Positions 1 through 11,245 are shown, counted from the whole stretch's first letter. The stretch: 63,834 nt of DNA, filler included, from Octopus bimaculoides (GCF_001194135.2; 7 parts of 5 records of this genome joined end to end with filler, not necessarily neighbours in it), one strand, 5' to 3'. Numbers and translations: made by a program. The notes: generated by a model from the sequence alone, not told the origin.

Positions 1-152
1 TGTGAGGTAAGAAGTTTGCCTCCCAACCAGATAGTTTCAGATTCAGTCCCACTGCGTGGCACTTTGGGCAAGTGTCTTCTACTATAGTTTCGGGCCGACC
101 AAAGCCTTGTGAGTGGATTCAGTAGATGGAAACTGAAAGAAGCCCGTCGTAT
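1..152 (+). mobile_element. tRNA-derived SINE, family A (5' end cut by window)
   Basis: Contains TTCAGTCCCACTGCGTGGCACTTTGGGCAAGTGTCTTCTACTATAG...AAGAAGCCCGTCG, which recurs at least 7 times in the window; B-box-like head followed by a CORE-like CTTGGGCAAGT motif. Confidence 0.85.
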
Positions 153-250
153 ATACATGTATATATATCCACATAGCCATTACTCTTATATATCCACACA
201 GCCACTATTCATTTATATATTGTATATACATATATACCAGTCTAGTCATA

Positions 251-328
<78 letters not shown>
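251..328. repeat. (TATC)n microsatellite
   Basis: Pure tetranucleotide array. Confidence 0.95.
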
Positions 329-329
<1 letters not shown>

Positions 330-755
330 ATTTGAAGTCTTACAGCCGTTTCTGGGATAACCCAAGTGGGAGGTTAACATGTCTACGCATAGAGTATTCC
401 GTCATCAGAGACAAGGTATGAATATTTTATACAGAGAAAATTTACAGTTTACAAGGAATTAAATAAAGAATAAAGAAGTAAATAGAAGAATAAAGAATAA
501 AGGTAGAGTATAGACGGGAAAAGAATGAGTAGTGAAGATTATTCTTCTGTCGTTATTCTCCCGTCTGTATTCTACCTTCACTCTTTATTCATCTATTTTA
601 TTCCTTATAAATGTGGATATATTTTATTCCTTGTGAACTGTAAATTTTTCCTGTCTAAAATATTCATACCTTGTTTATAATGATCCAATAACCAGTGCGT
701 AGACATGTTAACCGACAAACTTGGATTATCCCAGAAACGGCTGTAAGGCTTCAAA
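330..755. mobile_element. Foldback element with ~200-bp imperfect inverted arms, probably PLE terminal-repeat derived
   Basis: ATTTGAAGTCTTACAGCCGTTTCTGGGATAA at the left end is mirrored by TTATCCCAGAAACGGCTGTAAGGCTTCAAAT at the right; the arms stay alignable to about 530/550. Confidence 0.8.
337..412 (-). ncRNA. Degenerate type-I hammerhead ribozyme motif
   Basis: Minus strand: GTCT-CTGATGA-...-GAAA-CGGCTG-TA-AGAC. Stem I (GTCT/AGAC) pairs; the base of stem II is imperfect. Confidence 0.55.
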
Positions 756-983
756 TTCACCTTACCTTAATTAGATTATTCTAAATGACTCGAGATATTC
801 GTTCTGCCTTGGTTTTGCTTTTTCGTCTTAATAAAATATATACCTGCTATAACGGAACTCTAATACTGATCCCTAGATCCAGCCTCAGCTGTGAACTTGG
901 AACCTAACAAACGACCAACTATAGCACTTACTCAGCGTACCTCTTCGTTTAGATCACATGTGAACTAAACCCCACATATTCTT

Positions 984-1027
<44 letters not shown>

Positions 1028-1095
1028 ACCCCAATATATTTACATTACGGAGACGCAGGGGGAGCACTAAGTAGTGATAAGTGAAAATACAATGT

Positions 1096-1362
1096 TATCA
1101 GCTCGAATATGCTTGATACATGTTCGAACTGGGAAAGAAGCCACTCACTGTATTTTCTCATGAAGAATATATCTCACTTGTTGACAAATGATCAGCTCGC
1201 AGTGACACCGACCTAGACTCACAGTCTAGGTAGGTGGCGCTGCGAGCTGACCGACGTGTGTACACACCATTTGTCAACAAACAGGATATATTCTCCGTGA
1301 CAAAACGCAGTGAGTAGCTTGTTCCCCAGTTCAAACGTTCATCAAGTATATTCCGACTGGTA
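1096..1362. mobile_element. MITE-like foldback flanked by TA (Tc1/mariner-type)
   Basis: Long imperfect inverted arms around a central GACCTAGACT-CAC-AGTCTAGGT hairpin; TA at both ends. Confidence 0.65.
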
Positions 1363-1525
1363 ATAATATTCCAATATATTTAGACTATTCATCATCGGTT
1401 CCAGTATAACTTTCATTGACCACGGAGTATGCATGCATGAATGTAAACTGAAATTCACAAATTTTGTTTCATCCTAATTTTCTTTTTAACGCACTTCCTA
1501 ATATTTGGTTTTATATATTCTATAG

Positions 1526-1621
1526 GCCGTTAGATTTAATGATGCAGAAATAGTTTCATATCTTGAAATGAAAACTCTTTCCGGTTTTCCCGAGATACCA
1601 AGCAGTCAGAACAGCACACAG
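1526..1621 (+). CDS. Internal coding exon (phase 0-0, 32 aa) of an Unpaired/helical-cytokine-like gene
   Basis: Acceptor TTTTATATATTCTATAG| and donor CAG|GTAACT; 96 nt open frame AVRFNDAEIVSYLEMKTLSGFPEIPSSQNSTQ; joins in frame to the exon at 2682. Confidence 0.75.
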
Positions 1622-1902
1622 GTAACTCTCTTTTAACTGTTTTATTTCAATCAGAAACCTCGGTACTTTTTCTTTTTAGAATGCGCCTATGAAAAGTATA
1701 ACCATCAGTGTTTACAGTCGACTTAATTATAGCAGATAAATTCGATCACTGTTGTTTCTCAACATAGTGACTGCTTCGTTTACTAGCGCTGTGAATTTAA
1801 TTTGTCACTTTGAATGTTGTAATGAAAGAAAATAACCAGGTGCAAAAACAAAACTAAATTTGCTACAGCAATACGTGTTCGTCCCTGCTTCGCTTAAAAA
1901 AA

Positions 1903-2121
1903 GGCGGCGGTGAGCTGGTAGAAACGTTAGCACACCTGGCGAAATGCTTAGTGATATTTCGTCTGGCTTTACGTTCTGAGTTCAAATTCCGCCGAGGTCG
2001 ACTTTGCCTTTCATCTTTTCAGGGGTCGATAAATTAAGTACCAGTTGCGTACTGGGGTCGATCTAATCGACAGGCTCCCTTCCCCAAAATTTCGGGCCTT
2101 GTGCCTAGAGTAGAAAAGAAT
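1903..2121 (+). mobile_element. tRNA-derived SINE, family B (Meta/MESC-like central domain)
   Basis: GGCGGTGAGCTGGTAGAAACGTTAGC...GAGTTCAAATTCCGCCGAGGTCGACTTTGCCTTTCATC...GGGGTCGATAAATTAAGTACCAG; many copies in the window. Confidence 0.85.
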
Positions 2122-2131
2122 GGAATGGTCT

Positions 2132-2388
2132 GGTCGTGAAATTAACGTATAAGTGGCTGAGCACTCCGCAGACATGTGTGCCCTTAACGTAGTTCTCAGG
2201 GAGATCCAGCGTGACACAGAACGTGACGAAGCTTGACCTTTGAATTACAGATACAAATCATTTTTGCCAGCTGAGTGGACTGAAGCAACGTGAAATAAAG
2301 TGTCTTGCTCAAGGAGACAACGCACTGCCGGGAATCGAACCCACGGCCTGCGATCGTGCGCGAATACCCTAACCACTGCGCCACGCTC
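2132..2388 (-). mobile_element. tRNA-derived SINE, family D
   Basis: Minus strand shows A box TGGCGCAGTGG and B box GGTTCGATTCC, then CCTTGAGCAAGACACTTTATTTCACGTTGC; its 3' part matches 62870-63050. Confidence 0.85.
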
Positions 2389-2681
2389 CCTGACTGTTAT
2401 TAGTTTATAGTTCTTAGTTCAAATGTTTCCGTCCGTAAAGCATAGAGAAAGATAAAAATGAGGTTGACTTGGTTTAATAGTTACGTTAATTGGAGGTGAA
2501 GTGCACGAATGATACGTCAACTGCTAAATGGCTAATTAATTTCTTACCACTTAATAATGACTTTATTAAAAATTACAATATGTTAAATAGCTTTATTTTC
2601 ATCCATCTTAAATTACGAATTTATGTCAGTATAATCCTTTCTTTATGCATAATATATAACGTATAAATATTTCTTTTACAG

Positions 2682-3002
2682 AATAAAAGTGATTTGTATA
2701 GTGAGGTTTTTGTGGCACTGTCAAAGGTAGCAGTATTCCTGGAACAAATGCAAACAGATGAAGATAATTCAGAAATGAAATATGAATTAGAGGATTTACA
2801 ATCTGAGAATTTCTCACAACTCTGTGATCTACAAATGTGGCTTCGTTCTACTGGTGTAAACGAAACGTTTGAGACACTTCGTTCTGTCATGCCTCATAAA
2901 CTACGTCATGTTGGCAACACATTTAAAAGATATGAAAGAGATTTCGTAGTTGTTTCCAGATATGGAAAACTTCTTCGTCGCTATCAGGATTATTATAATT
3001 AA
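2682..3002 (+). CDS. Terminal coding exon (106 aa + stop) of an Unpaired/IL-6/leptin-like helical cytokine candidate
   Basis: Acceptor TTCTTTTACAG|. Translation NKSDLYSEVFVALSKVAVFLEQMQTD...FSQLCDLQMWL...LRSVMPHKLRHVGNTFKRYERDFVVVSRYGKLLRRYQDYYN*. Non-repetitive and amphipathic-helical; motif spacing LC(E/D)...R-x-(I/V)M-x4-R...RD(W/F)xV..(K/R)Y matches the Unpaired-family C-terminus as recalled. Confidence 0.8.
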   Translation, partial: NKSDLYSEVFVALSKVAVFLEQMQTDEDNSEMKYELEDLQSENFSQLCDLQMWLRSTGVNETFETLRSVMPHKLRHVGNTFKRYERDFVVVSRYGKLLRRYQDYYN

Positions 3003-3130
3003 TTGGAACAACCCTGTTATATTTTCTTTTCCACCAAACACAAATATCACCCTTATTCAAGAATGAATATCTAAATATTGGATTATATTAATCTGAAGTA
3101 TATTCATATATATTATTTTTCAAGAACATT

Positions 3131-3136
3131 AATAAA
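3131..3136 (+). terminator. Candidate polyadenylation signal of the cytokine-like gene
   Basis: AATAAA 128 nt after the stop codon. Confidence 0.5.
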
Positions 3137-3834
3137 AATAACAGAACATATCTCATTCAACATATCATATACAGTTCAAACTTAAAATAACTGGGCTGAC
3201 CTACAAAATCTACAAATTAGTAGATTATTTAGATAAAAATAATTTTTTTTTTTTTCACAATTTGCCTAGCAAAATATGCTAAATTTCCATATTTCATACC
3301 AAAAATTTAAATCGAGAGATACGTTTGTTCATTGTTAATATTTAGAATATATAAATTGTAAGGATTAAAATCGCACAACTTGCAGCATTCCACTCGAAAC
3401 ATTCCTGGCATTACTTGGTTGGTTTCCTTGAATAACGGTGCTCGTGTATCTCCCAAAATATACTGGTGCTTTTAAAGAAGAACAAGGGATTAGGGCAATA
3501 TATAAGTGATTTAAATTTCCTATTGAATATTTATAATTTATACTCTCTCGGAAAGGCGAGAATCTCACAAAAGCTTTTTAAACAGCATTCACATACCGGT
3601 GCTTTTATATGATTATTTATTATAATTTATGCTTTTAATTTATATTAAATTTTAACACGTCTATTTAATTGATTGTATAATGTCTCTCTTCCCCCCCACA
3701 TTCCATTTTTATATAACTTTGTTCATTCCAACCCCACGTTTTGTAACCCCTGTCTGTAACGGTTTTATTGTATATATGAAAAGGTCTGTTGGTTATAATA
3801 AAAAGTAACATTGTTATTGTTGTTGAATATTGGT

Positions 3835-3965
3835 TTCAAATTTTTGCACAAGGCCAGTAATTTCGGGCAAGGGGCTGAGTTGATTACATTGACTCCATTG
3901 TTCATTTAGAACTTATTTTATCGATCTCGAAAGAATGAAAGGCAATGTCGATTCCGGCGGAATCT
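3835..3965 (-). mobile_element. SINE family B, partial
   Basis: GCACAAGGCC...TTATTTTATCGATCTCGAAAGAATGAAAGGCAATGTCGA. Confidence 0.7.
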
Positions 3966-4655
3966 TCGTTCAATATTAACGAAGAAAACACGTTTGATTC
4001 CGAGGTCTGTAAAATCTCAGCAATTTTCGCACATTTTATCTAAATAGGGATACATTTTTGTTGAATTTATGTCATTTCTACACAGAAATTGTATCTCATC
4101 CGTTCTGTTAGCTTCCTGTCTTACCCAAATTTCCTCAATCGACGGAATTGTCTCTTTTTAACTTTTACATTTGAAAAATTTGCACGTTTTTGAAAAACAA
4201 ATATGGAATCGTGTAACGGAATCATAATGTTCATAATCGGAAAAAAATACGGGAACCATAGGACATGTATGTATGTATGTATGTATGTATGTATGTATGT
4301 ATGTATGTATGTATGTATGTATGTATGTATGTATTGCATTCCCGGCATATGCCTAGAAGCCGTAGCAGTCTTCCCAACGAGATAACATATAGGGAAGATA
4401 ACTAAAACTATAGATTCAGTAGTTACTTCCCTTGAAACAAATCCCATCACAAGATATAGAACATTAAATCCGCATTAATTCCCTTTAATTATGTCGCACA
4501 CATGTTCGCTCGCTCATTCGCTCGTTCACTCCCTCACTCACTCACTCACTCACTCACTCACTCACTCACTCTTTCACTCACTCGCTTACTCACACATTCA
4601 CTCACTCACACTCACTCACTCGCATACACATACGTACATATTCTTTTATTCATTT

Positions 4656-4844
4656 ATTCTTTTACTTGTTTCAGTCATTTGACTGCGGCCATGCTGGAGC
4701 ATCACCTTTAGTCGAACTTATCGACCCTAGGACTTATTCTTTGTAAGCCTAGTACTTATTCTATCGGTGTCTTTTGCCGAACCGCCAATTTTACGGGGAC
4801 GTTAAGCGACGGTGGGGGACAAACATAGACAAACAAACATATAG

Positions 4845-4916
<72 letters not shown>

Positions 4917-5099
4917 TCAATCATACATATATATATAAGCAGGCTTCTTTCAGTTTCCGTCTACTAAATCGACTCACAAGGCTTTGCTCGGCCCGTGGCT
5001 ATAGTAGAAGACACTTGCGCAAGGTACCATGCAGTGGGACTGAACCCGGGACCATGAGGTTGGGAAGCAAGCTTCTTACCACACAGCGACGCCTGCGTC
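4656..5099 (-). mobile_element. Composite SINE: family A head + (TG/TA)n + family C tail
   Basis: A module at 4925-5099; C module at 4656-4830 (CAGTCATTTGACTGCGGCCATGCTGGAGCA...CCGAACCG). Confidence 0.85.
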
Positions 5100-5254
5100 T
5101 ATGTTATATACAATGTATACACAATTCAAAGAAAGAAAGCGTGAAGAAATATTTGAATACTAAATTTATTCAGACATCACGGGGTTAAAACAAATTACTT
5201 TAAACGTTTTTCGTCTCCCTTTTCTGTGTGTGTGTATGGGGGGGGGGGAATTCA

Positions 5255-5400
5255 TCGTGGTCACTGAGATATGCGAGTTTACGTGGATGAGAATCAACAA
5301 AGGACCTGGACAGGTGGAAGAAGAGCAATTGAGCTCCTCTCACGTTATCTCGATTTAACACCTGATGACTTTTAATTACGGGTCACCTTATAGGATACAG
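5255..5400 (+). mobile_element. Tc1/mariner transposase C-terminal remnant (continues at 5866-5930)
   Basis: Degenerate translation resembles WPPRSPDLTP.DF.LWGHLKD; after the foldback insertion it resumes as DVLHRKKPATLTALWEEI. Confidence 0.55.
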
Positions 5401-5410
5401 TTCTATAGTT

Positions 5411-5646
5411 AAGAGATGAGGAATTATGTACATTATTTACATTAATTACATTTGACCGATATTTGTCCTCATCTTGTTTGTTATTAACACAACGTTTTGG
5501 CTGATATACCCTCCAGCCTTCATCAGGTATCTTGGGGAAATTTCGAACCTGGGTTCTTATTCCTAAAGTATTTTACGATGTTATTATTATTATGTTATTA
5601 TTCAGGTTACTGACCCCGAGATTCCGAGTTCGATTCCAAGCAGTGA

Positions 5647-5717
<71 letters not shown>

Positions 5718-5865
5718 TCGAAAAATACCTTAGGAATGAGAACCCGGGTTCGAAATTTCCCCAAGACACCTGAAGAAGGCTGGTGGGTATATTAGCCGAA
5801 ACGTTGTGTTAACAATAAACAAGATGAGGACTAATATCCGTCAATTGTAAATAATGTAAATAATG
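5411..5865. mobile_element. Foldback element with hammerhead motifs in both arms and an internal (AAT)n
   Basis: Arms 5425-5600 and 5650-5865 are reverse complements; central CAGGTTACTG...CAGTGACCTG stem. Confidence 0.85.
5766..5809 (+). ncRNA. Minimal type-I hammerhead ribozyme (PLE type)
   Basis: ACAC-CTGAAGA-A-GGCT(12 nt)AGCC-GAAA-CG-TT-GTGT; stem I ACAC/GTGT, palindromic AACGTT stem III, GUU cleavage triplet. Confidence 0.65.
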
Positions 5866-5940
5866 CACCCTATAGGATGTTTTGCATCGCAAAAAACCGG
5901 CTACACTGACGGCCCTTTGGGAAGAAATCGNNNNNNNNNN

Positions 5941-5987
<47 letters not shown>

Positions 5988-6529
5988 TGTCATTCGGTAG
6001 AAATTAAGAAGGGACTCAACGGTCGAAAGTTTCGAAAATGGCATTTGTCATTCTCAAGAAATTCTAGGACATGATTTACTTTGTAACTACATAGATAGAC
6101 CCATCTCTTAATGTCACTGCCCAAACGAATAACAAAACCAGAAAGGAGCGATGGAAAGACAACGACTGCAATGAAATGATTTACACACACTACAACGCAA
6201 CACTACAACGCAACACTTCTTAAAAATATACAGTAATAAACTCATACAGGGAATACCCAATAAATTGAATTAACCCAACAACATATGCCACACAGGCCCG
6301 ATATCCAGCAGAAGAACAGAACCTACACTGCACAAACAACACGCAATCCAAACACTAATACAACAGAATACCCCATAACAAAACATACTGATGAAATACA
6401 ATACTCTCCCCATCAAAAGAAAAAAAAAACAAAAACAAAAACAAGAAGGAAATGCTGCACACACCTCACCAACAGGAAAGTGAAGCAAGCGATGCAATAA
6501 AAAAGTTACTTGAAACTACCAGATGTTGA

Positions 6530-7255
6530 ATAATAATAGTGGTGATGACGTTGGTGACGAACATTACCTTACCTCAGTTTATGAGAGACAAGACAAACTC
6601 TGCTGGTAGCAGCGAAAATGATATTGGACCTTTAAGGGAAGGCCTCTCGTTCGGCAGAGGATCAGTAGAGATGAAGGCTGATCACAGCTGTTATCCTAAG
6701 ACAACATCAACAAATAAAGAGAATAAGGAGAAGGATGTGGATCAACGAAGAAAACAGGATAGCGATGCAGTACTACTTCGACAATGAACCTAAAAGAAGC
6801 GGGGTTATAGAAAACGGATGTTAACAGTTTGGGTAGAGAAGGTTATGTTTAAAGTGACTGAGCAGAGACTATGAGATTAAGTTAATGCTATTAGGAGAAG
6901 AAATTGGATGACAGAATTGGCGCTGGAAGAAATCACAAGAGAACTGGAAAAGAAAGACCAGGCAGTAGAAAAGCTAAACAAAAACATAAGAGATACAGTT
7001 CAAACCAAGGAAAAAACCTAAAGGAAGGGGAAAAAAATAAATAATAGCCCTACCAATCAGAAAGGGACAACTGGTACCAGCGACTTAAGCTGAGAAAGAT
7101 CAGAAGATTTTAGATGAGTTGCAGGAAGAAACCAGTTAAGAAGAATGGAAAAGATTATTAGTATCAAAGACTATTAGTATTAAAAAAGAAGATTATCTGA
7201 CAGGCAAGAGAAGGTTTTATATGGTAAATTCCCAAAGATAGTTGCAGGAAATAGT
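6530..7255 (+). mobile_element. Dong/R4-clade LINE, N-terminal remnant (subfamily 1)
   Basis: Frameshifted GYRKRMLTVWVEKVMFKVTEQRL..VNAIRRRNWMTELALEEI motif. Confidence 0.75.
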
Positions 7256-7259
7256 AATA

Positions 7260-7463
7260 GTCCTTTCTACAATAGGCACAAGGCCTGAAATTTTGGGGAT
7301 GGGACTAGTCGATCACATCAACCCCAGTGTTTCAATGGTACTTGATTTATCGACCCCGAAAGGATGAAAAGCAAAGTCGACCTCAGCGTAATTTGAACTC
7401 AGAATGAAACACCGCTATGTATTTCGTCCAGCGTGCTAACGGTTCTGCCAGGTCGCCGCCTTA
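7260..7463 (-). mobile_element. SINE family B
   Basis: Reverse-complement match to 1903-2121. Confidence 0.85.
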
Positions 7464-7836
7464 AGGAAATAGTAATAGTGAGACATGGTTAGGGTTGCAG
7501 AAAGGCTGACCTTTCCACAACCTGCTGAATCTATTTATAGACCTGCAGAATATGATCTATTCACCAATCTGCTGCCCAACTATTCCACTACAATGGTAGT
7601 GGTGGTGATGGTGATAATGAAAAAGAAAATAATAATAATATGCTACAGCTGCTGATACTAAATACTACTAATACTACAATAATACTACAACTACTACTAT
7701 TATGATAGCACAGGAATCTGAGGCCCAACTACCACCCTTACCACTACCCCTACCCGTGCTACTGTTGCTGTTGCTAAAACCACTGCTACTACTACACATA
7801 AAAACAATAATACCAGTGATATCAGTGATGATGATG

Positions 7837-7869
<33 letters not shown>

Positions 7870-7870
<1 letters not shown>

Positions 7871-9800
7871 AAGGAAACGGGTGGAATCTCCTTATGGGCT
7901 CATAATGATACATCTAGTGATGGTGTCACAATAAAAACACTGGTAATTGCGTAACCTGATAATCTCTACCTCATATGAGTGACAATGAAAAAACAAAATA
8001 TTGTGAATAACGGTGGTAACGAAACTGAAGCCAATGATGGTGACAGTGTTACACCCAGTGGGCTCAGAGATTCTGGTCTGCCTCCAGCCTGTCGATGTCC
8101 AGAAAGGGACCACCACACACGGCGTAGAGGGAGCAAGCAAATTAATGCTGTGGTCATGGAGTGTTACTACCTGAGCAGCCCAGTAGATGAAAATGGGGCT
8201 CAAATTAGGGGTTACCGACAACGTATGTATGATCATTGGAGAGAAAAGGGATTGTTTCAACACACGGAACAGAGACTATGTGATCAAACTAGAGCAATAA
8301 GAAAAATTGTTGGTTCACAGAAGTAGAGCTCGAAGTTATCAAAAGACGGGTCATGGAAAATAGCAGCGGAGGAAGCGATGAAAATACAGTTCTTACTAAT
8401 AAGAGTAATCTCATAGCTCAGGAAAGGAGCAGTGGTAGTTTACTTGAGAGACATATAGATGATCTAAAAGAAGACGATAAAACTAATAGCGACATGACAG
8501 ATGAACAAAAGGCAATCTACGACAGAATAAAGGTAAGACTACAGGAGAACGATAGCGACATTATTTGCAACCTTAAGAAGGTTGACCGGTGGAAATTGAA
8601 CCAAGAAACGAAAAATGTCAATGAAATTCTGAAATACATCAGAACAAACATCACAGAAACAAATAATTTGATCAAGGCAGCAAGCATTGTTGTAGCAGAA
8701 AACGTGGATGTTGTTGTCAAGACGAAGACATACAATGGGAGTGACAAAAGAAAAGACCCATGGTGGAAAAGAAGAATCCAGGCAGGGTTAGATCAGCTCT
8801 CGAAGGAAATGTCTGTGTTAGACCGAAAAGAGAAAGGGGAGCTTAAAAACGAACAAAAATACAGGGTGCTGGAAAGGAAGTATAATATTGAAAGAAAGGG
8901 CCTGAAATTAGTAATGGAGGAACTGAAACAGCGCCACGTTGCAAAGAAAGCAAAGATGGTAAGATACGACCTAAGAATGAAGGGATACCAGCAGGGTAGG
9001 TTATTCAGAGTAGATCAGAAGAGATTCTACAAAGAAATAAATGGAGAGTGTACAGATGAAAAGTTGATACCTGATAACATTGAAAGTTAAAGGTTTTGGA
9101 GCGACATCTGGAGCAAAGACAAGGAGCACAAGAAGGATGCCGAATGGTTGCAAGAACTGAAACAAACAGTAGTCTGTCTAAAACGGGAAGAACTAGTCAT
9201 TTCAGTTAGGGAAGTGAAGGAAATCAGCAGAAAAATGAGCAACTGGAAGGCCCCGGGACCAGATGGAGTTCAAGGCTACTGGATCAAAAGATTTGGTGAA
9301 TATCATGCACGAATAGCTGCGCAACTCAGCACCTTGTTAAATGACGACTAAGTAATACCAGAGTGGTTGACATTGGGTAGGACAGTGCTGTGCCTGAAAA
9401 ACATAGAAAAAGGCAATACGGTAGACAATTACAGGCCGATATCCTGTTTGCCACTTATGTGGAAGTTATTGACTGGAATAGTCACAGAGTCAATGTATGG
9501 ACATCTGGATAAAAATGGAGTCCTGCCACATGAGCAGAAGGGTTGCAAGCGTAAGTGCAGAGGTACCAAGGATGAACTCCTAATAGATAAAACTGTTCTT
9601 AGAGACTGCAAAAGGAGGAAAAGTAACTTAGCCATATTATGGATCGACTATCGTAAGGCGTACGATATGATCCTACATTCTTGGATTATGCAGTGTTTTA
9701 ACCTGTTTGGGAATGCATCGAATGTTGAGCGATTGCTTGGAAAAAGTATGGCGAATTGGAGGACGGACCTGACAGCATACAGAAGAAGTTTAGGGACGAA
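7870..9800 (+). mobile_element. Dong/R4-clade LINE, 5' end through RT domain, disrupted and 3'-truncated
   Basis: VMECYYLSSP...RGYRQRMYDHWREKGLFQHTEQRLCDQTRAIRK; NWKAPGPDGVQGYWIK; [17 protein letters not shown]; [20 protein letters not shown]; WIDYRKAYD; stops and frameshifts; begins right after (AAT)n. Confidence 0.9.
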
Positions 9801-11000
9801 AAGAATTTGAGTTGTTGTCGTTGTTGTTGTTGCTGGTTTAGGGATCAGGGAGTTTGGGAAGAGCTTGCTCTTCCGTGTGAGCAGGTAGCCCATTTTTTCC
9901 ATTGCGGAGGTTTTGCTGTAGGGGTTCTCAGCTGTCCATGGCATTCTTGTTGATACGATTTGGAATTGTCAAAGGGGTAGCTTCGATTTATCTAATTGAG
10001 GGTAGAAACCCTTTTGATGGGTGGCACTTTCACAAATGTAACACTTGGCCTTTCTGCCCTCAACTAGAACTTTTATGGGTTCCACACCCTCCATGTAAAT
10101 TATGTCAAGGATCCTGTCAAAGGGTTTTTCAGTCTCCAGCATTTCCACTTTCACCTGGACCACCGACCAATTTTCTTTCGAGGTGGATTTGAAACTTAGA
10201 CTATAACCGTATTCCTCCAGTATTTTCCCCAGATACTGAATGTTATATAGCTACAAGAGACCCAAAATCTCTTGCTGTTCTATGTGGCAAATCGAACTTT
10301 CAGACATTTTTCTGCCTGTGCTGGAGCCGGATTTTCGATCCTAGTCTTCTTCTTAAGACAACGATAGAGCACAGTTCTTTTTACGATTTGATCTTTTTCG
10401 CCTGGTGGTAGAGCGGGATTAGGTTTTACCAGGCATTTTCGGAAAAGTTTATCAACATAACTATCAAAAGTGTGCTGCACCTAACTCTCTTCTGTAATTT
10501 TGGTGAAAAAGGCTTGGGATTACTTGTTATTTCGTTGTTGTTGTTGTTGTTGTTGTTGTCGTCATTGTTGTTCGAAGTGGAGGACGTGACTTCATTTCCT
10601 TGTTAAAAATTTTCCTTTTCTATTTCTCTGGAAGCATGCTGTTATTGTTGTTGTTGTTGTTGTTGTTGTCGTCGTCATTGGTTTCGATATATCTCATTGT
10701 TTGTTCCACTTCAAACTGCGTGATGCTGTTACTGAAGTTGTCGTTGATCGATGTGGTTTGAAAGATTTCTTTGTTGAAATATTCCATTCTGTGAATTTTT
10801 TCAACGTCACTGTTGTTTACAACAGCCCTGTCGTCTGTTTCTTCCAATGTGGTGACGTAGCACATCACACTTACTCCCTCTTTCACTACGTTCTGATGAC
10901 GCCTCTCACTCTTTCTCCTTCTCTCGTGTACGAGTGTCACCCTGTCGATTTCTCCAAGATAATAAGGGAAAAACGAAAATATAAAATTAAATAAAAATGT
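9800..11000 (-). mobile_element. Probable Tx1/L1-clade ORF1 remnant
   Basis: IKVLVEGRKAKCYICESATH (CX2CX4H zinc-knuckle-like) plus upstream fragments; internal (AAC)n tracts. Confidence 0.55.
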
Positions 11001-11171
11001 ACTCCATGACTAGTGGGCAATACTCGAAAAAAAAACAAAAAAAGAAAACAAGGAACGTCACTAGTTGGTAGGAAACAACTGGCTTTTTACGGCGGCGTAA
11101 ATTCCCAAACTGGATAAATGATTATCCGTGGTTTTGTTGACAAAATTTCGGAATGAGGTCGTACGTGGCTT

Positions 11172-11182
11172 GCTTGACTGGC

Positions 11183-11245
<63 letters not shown>
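11172..11245. repeat. (AAT)n microsatellite
   Basis: Pure triplet array. Confidence 0.95.

Noticed and set aside
2340-2388. tRNA-like A/B-box sequences here and in other SINE heads
   Set aside because: They lack a full cloverleaf and continue into SINE bodies; not tRNA genes.
3003-3130. AU-rich instability elements expected in a cytokine 3' UTR
   Set aside because: No ATTTA pentamer clusters before the poly(A) signal.
3365-3700. Possible decayed Penelope GIY-YIG end
   Set aside because: Similarity is too weak to call by eye.
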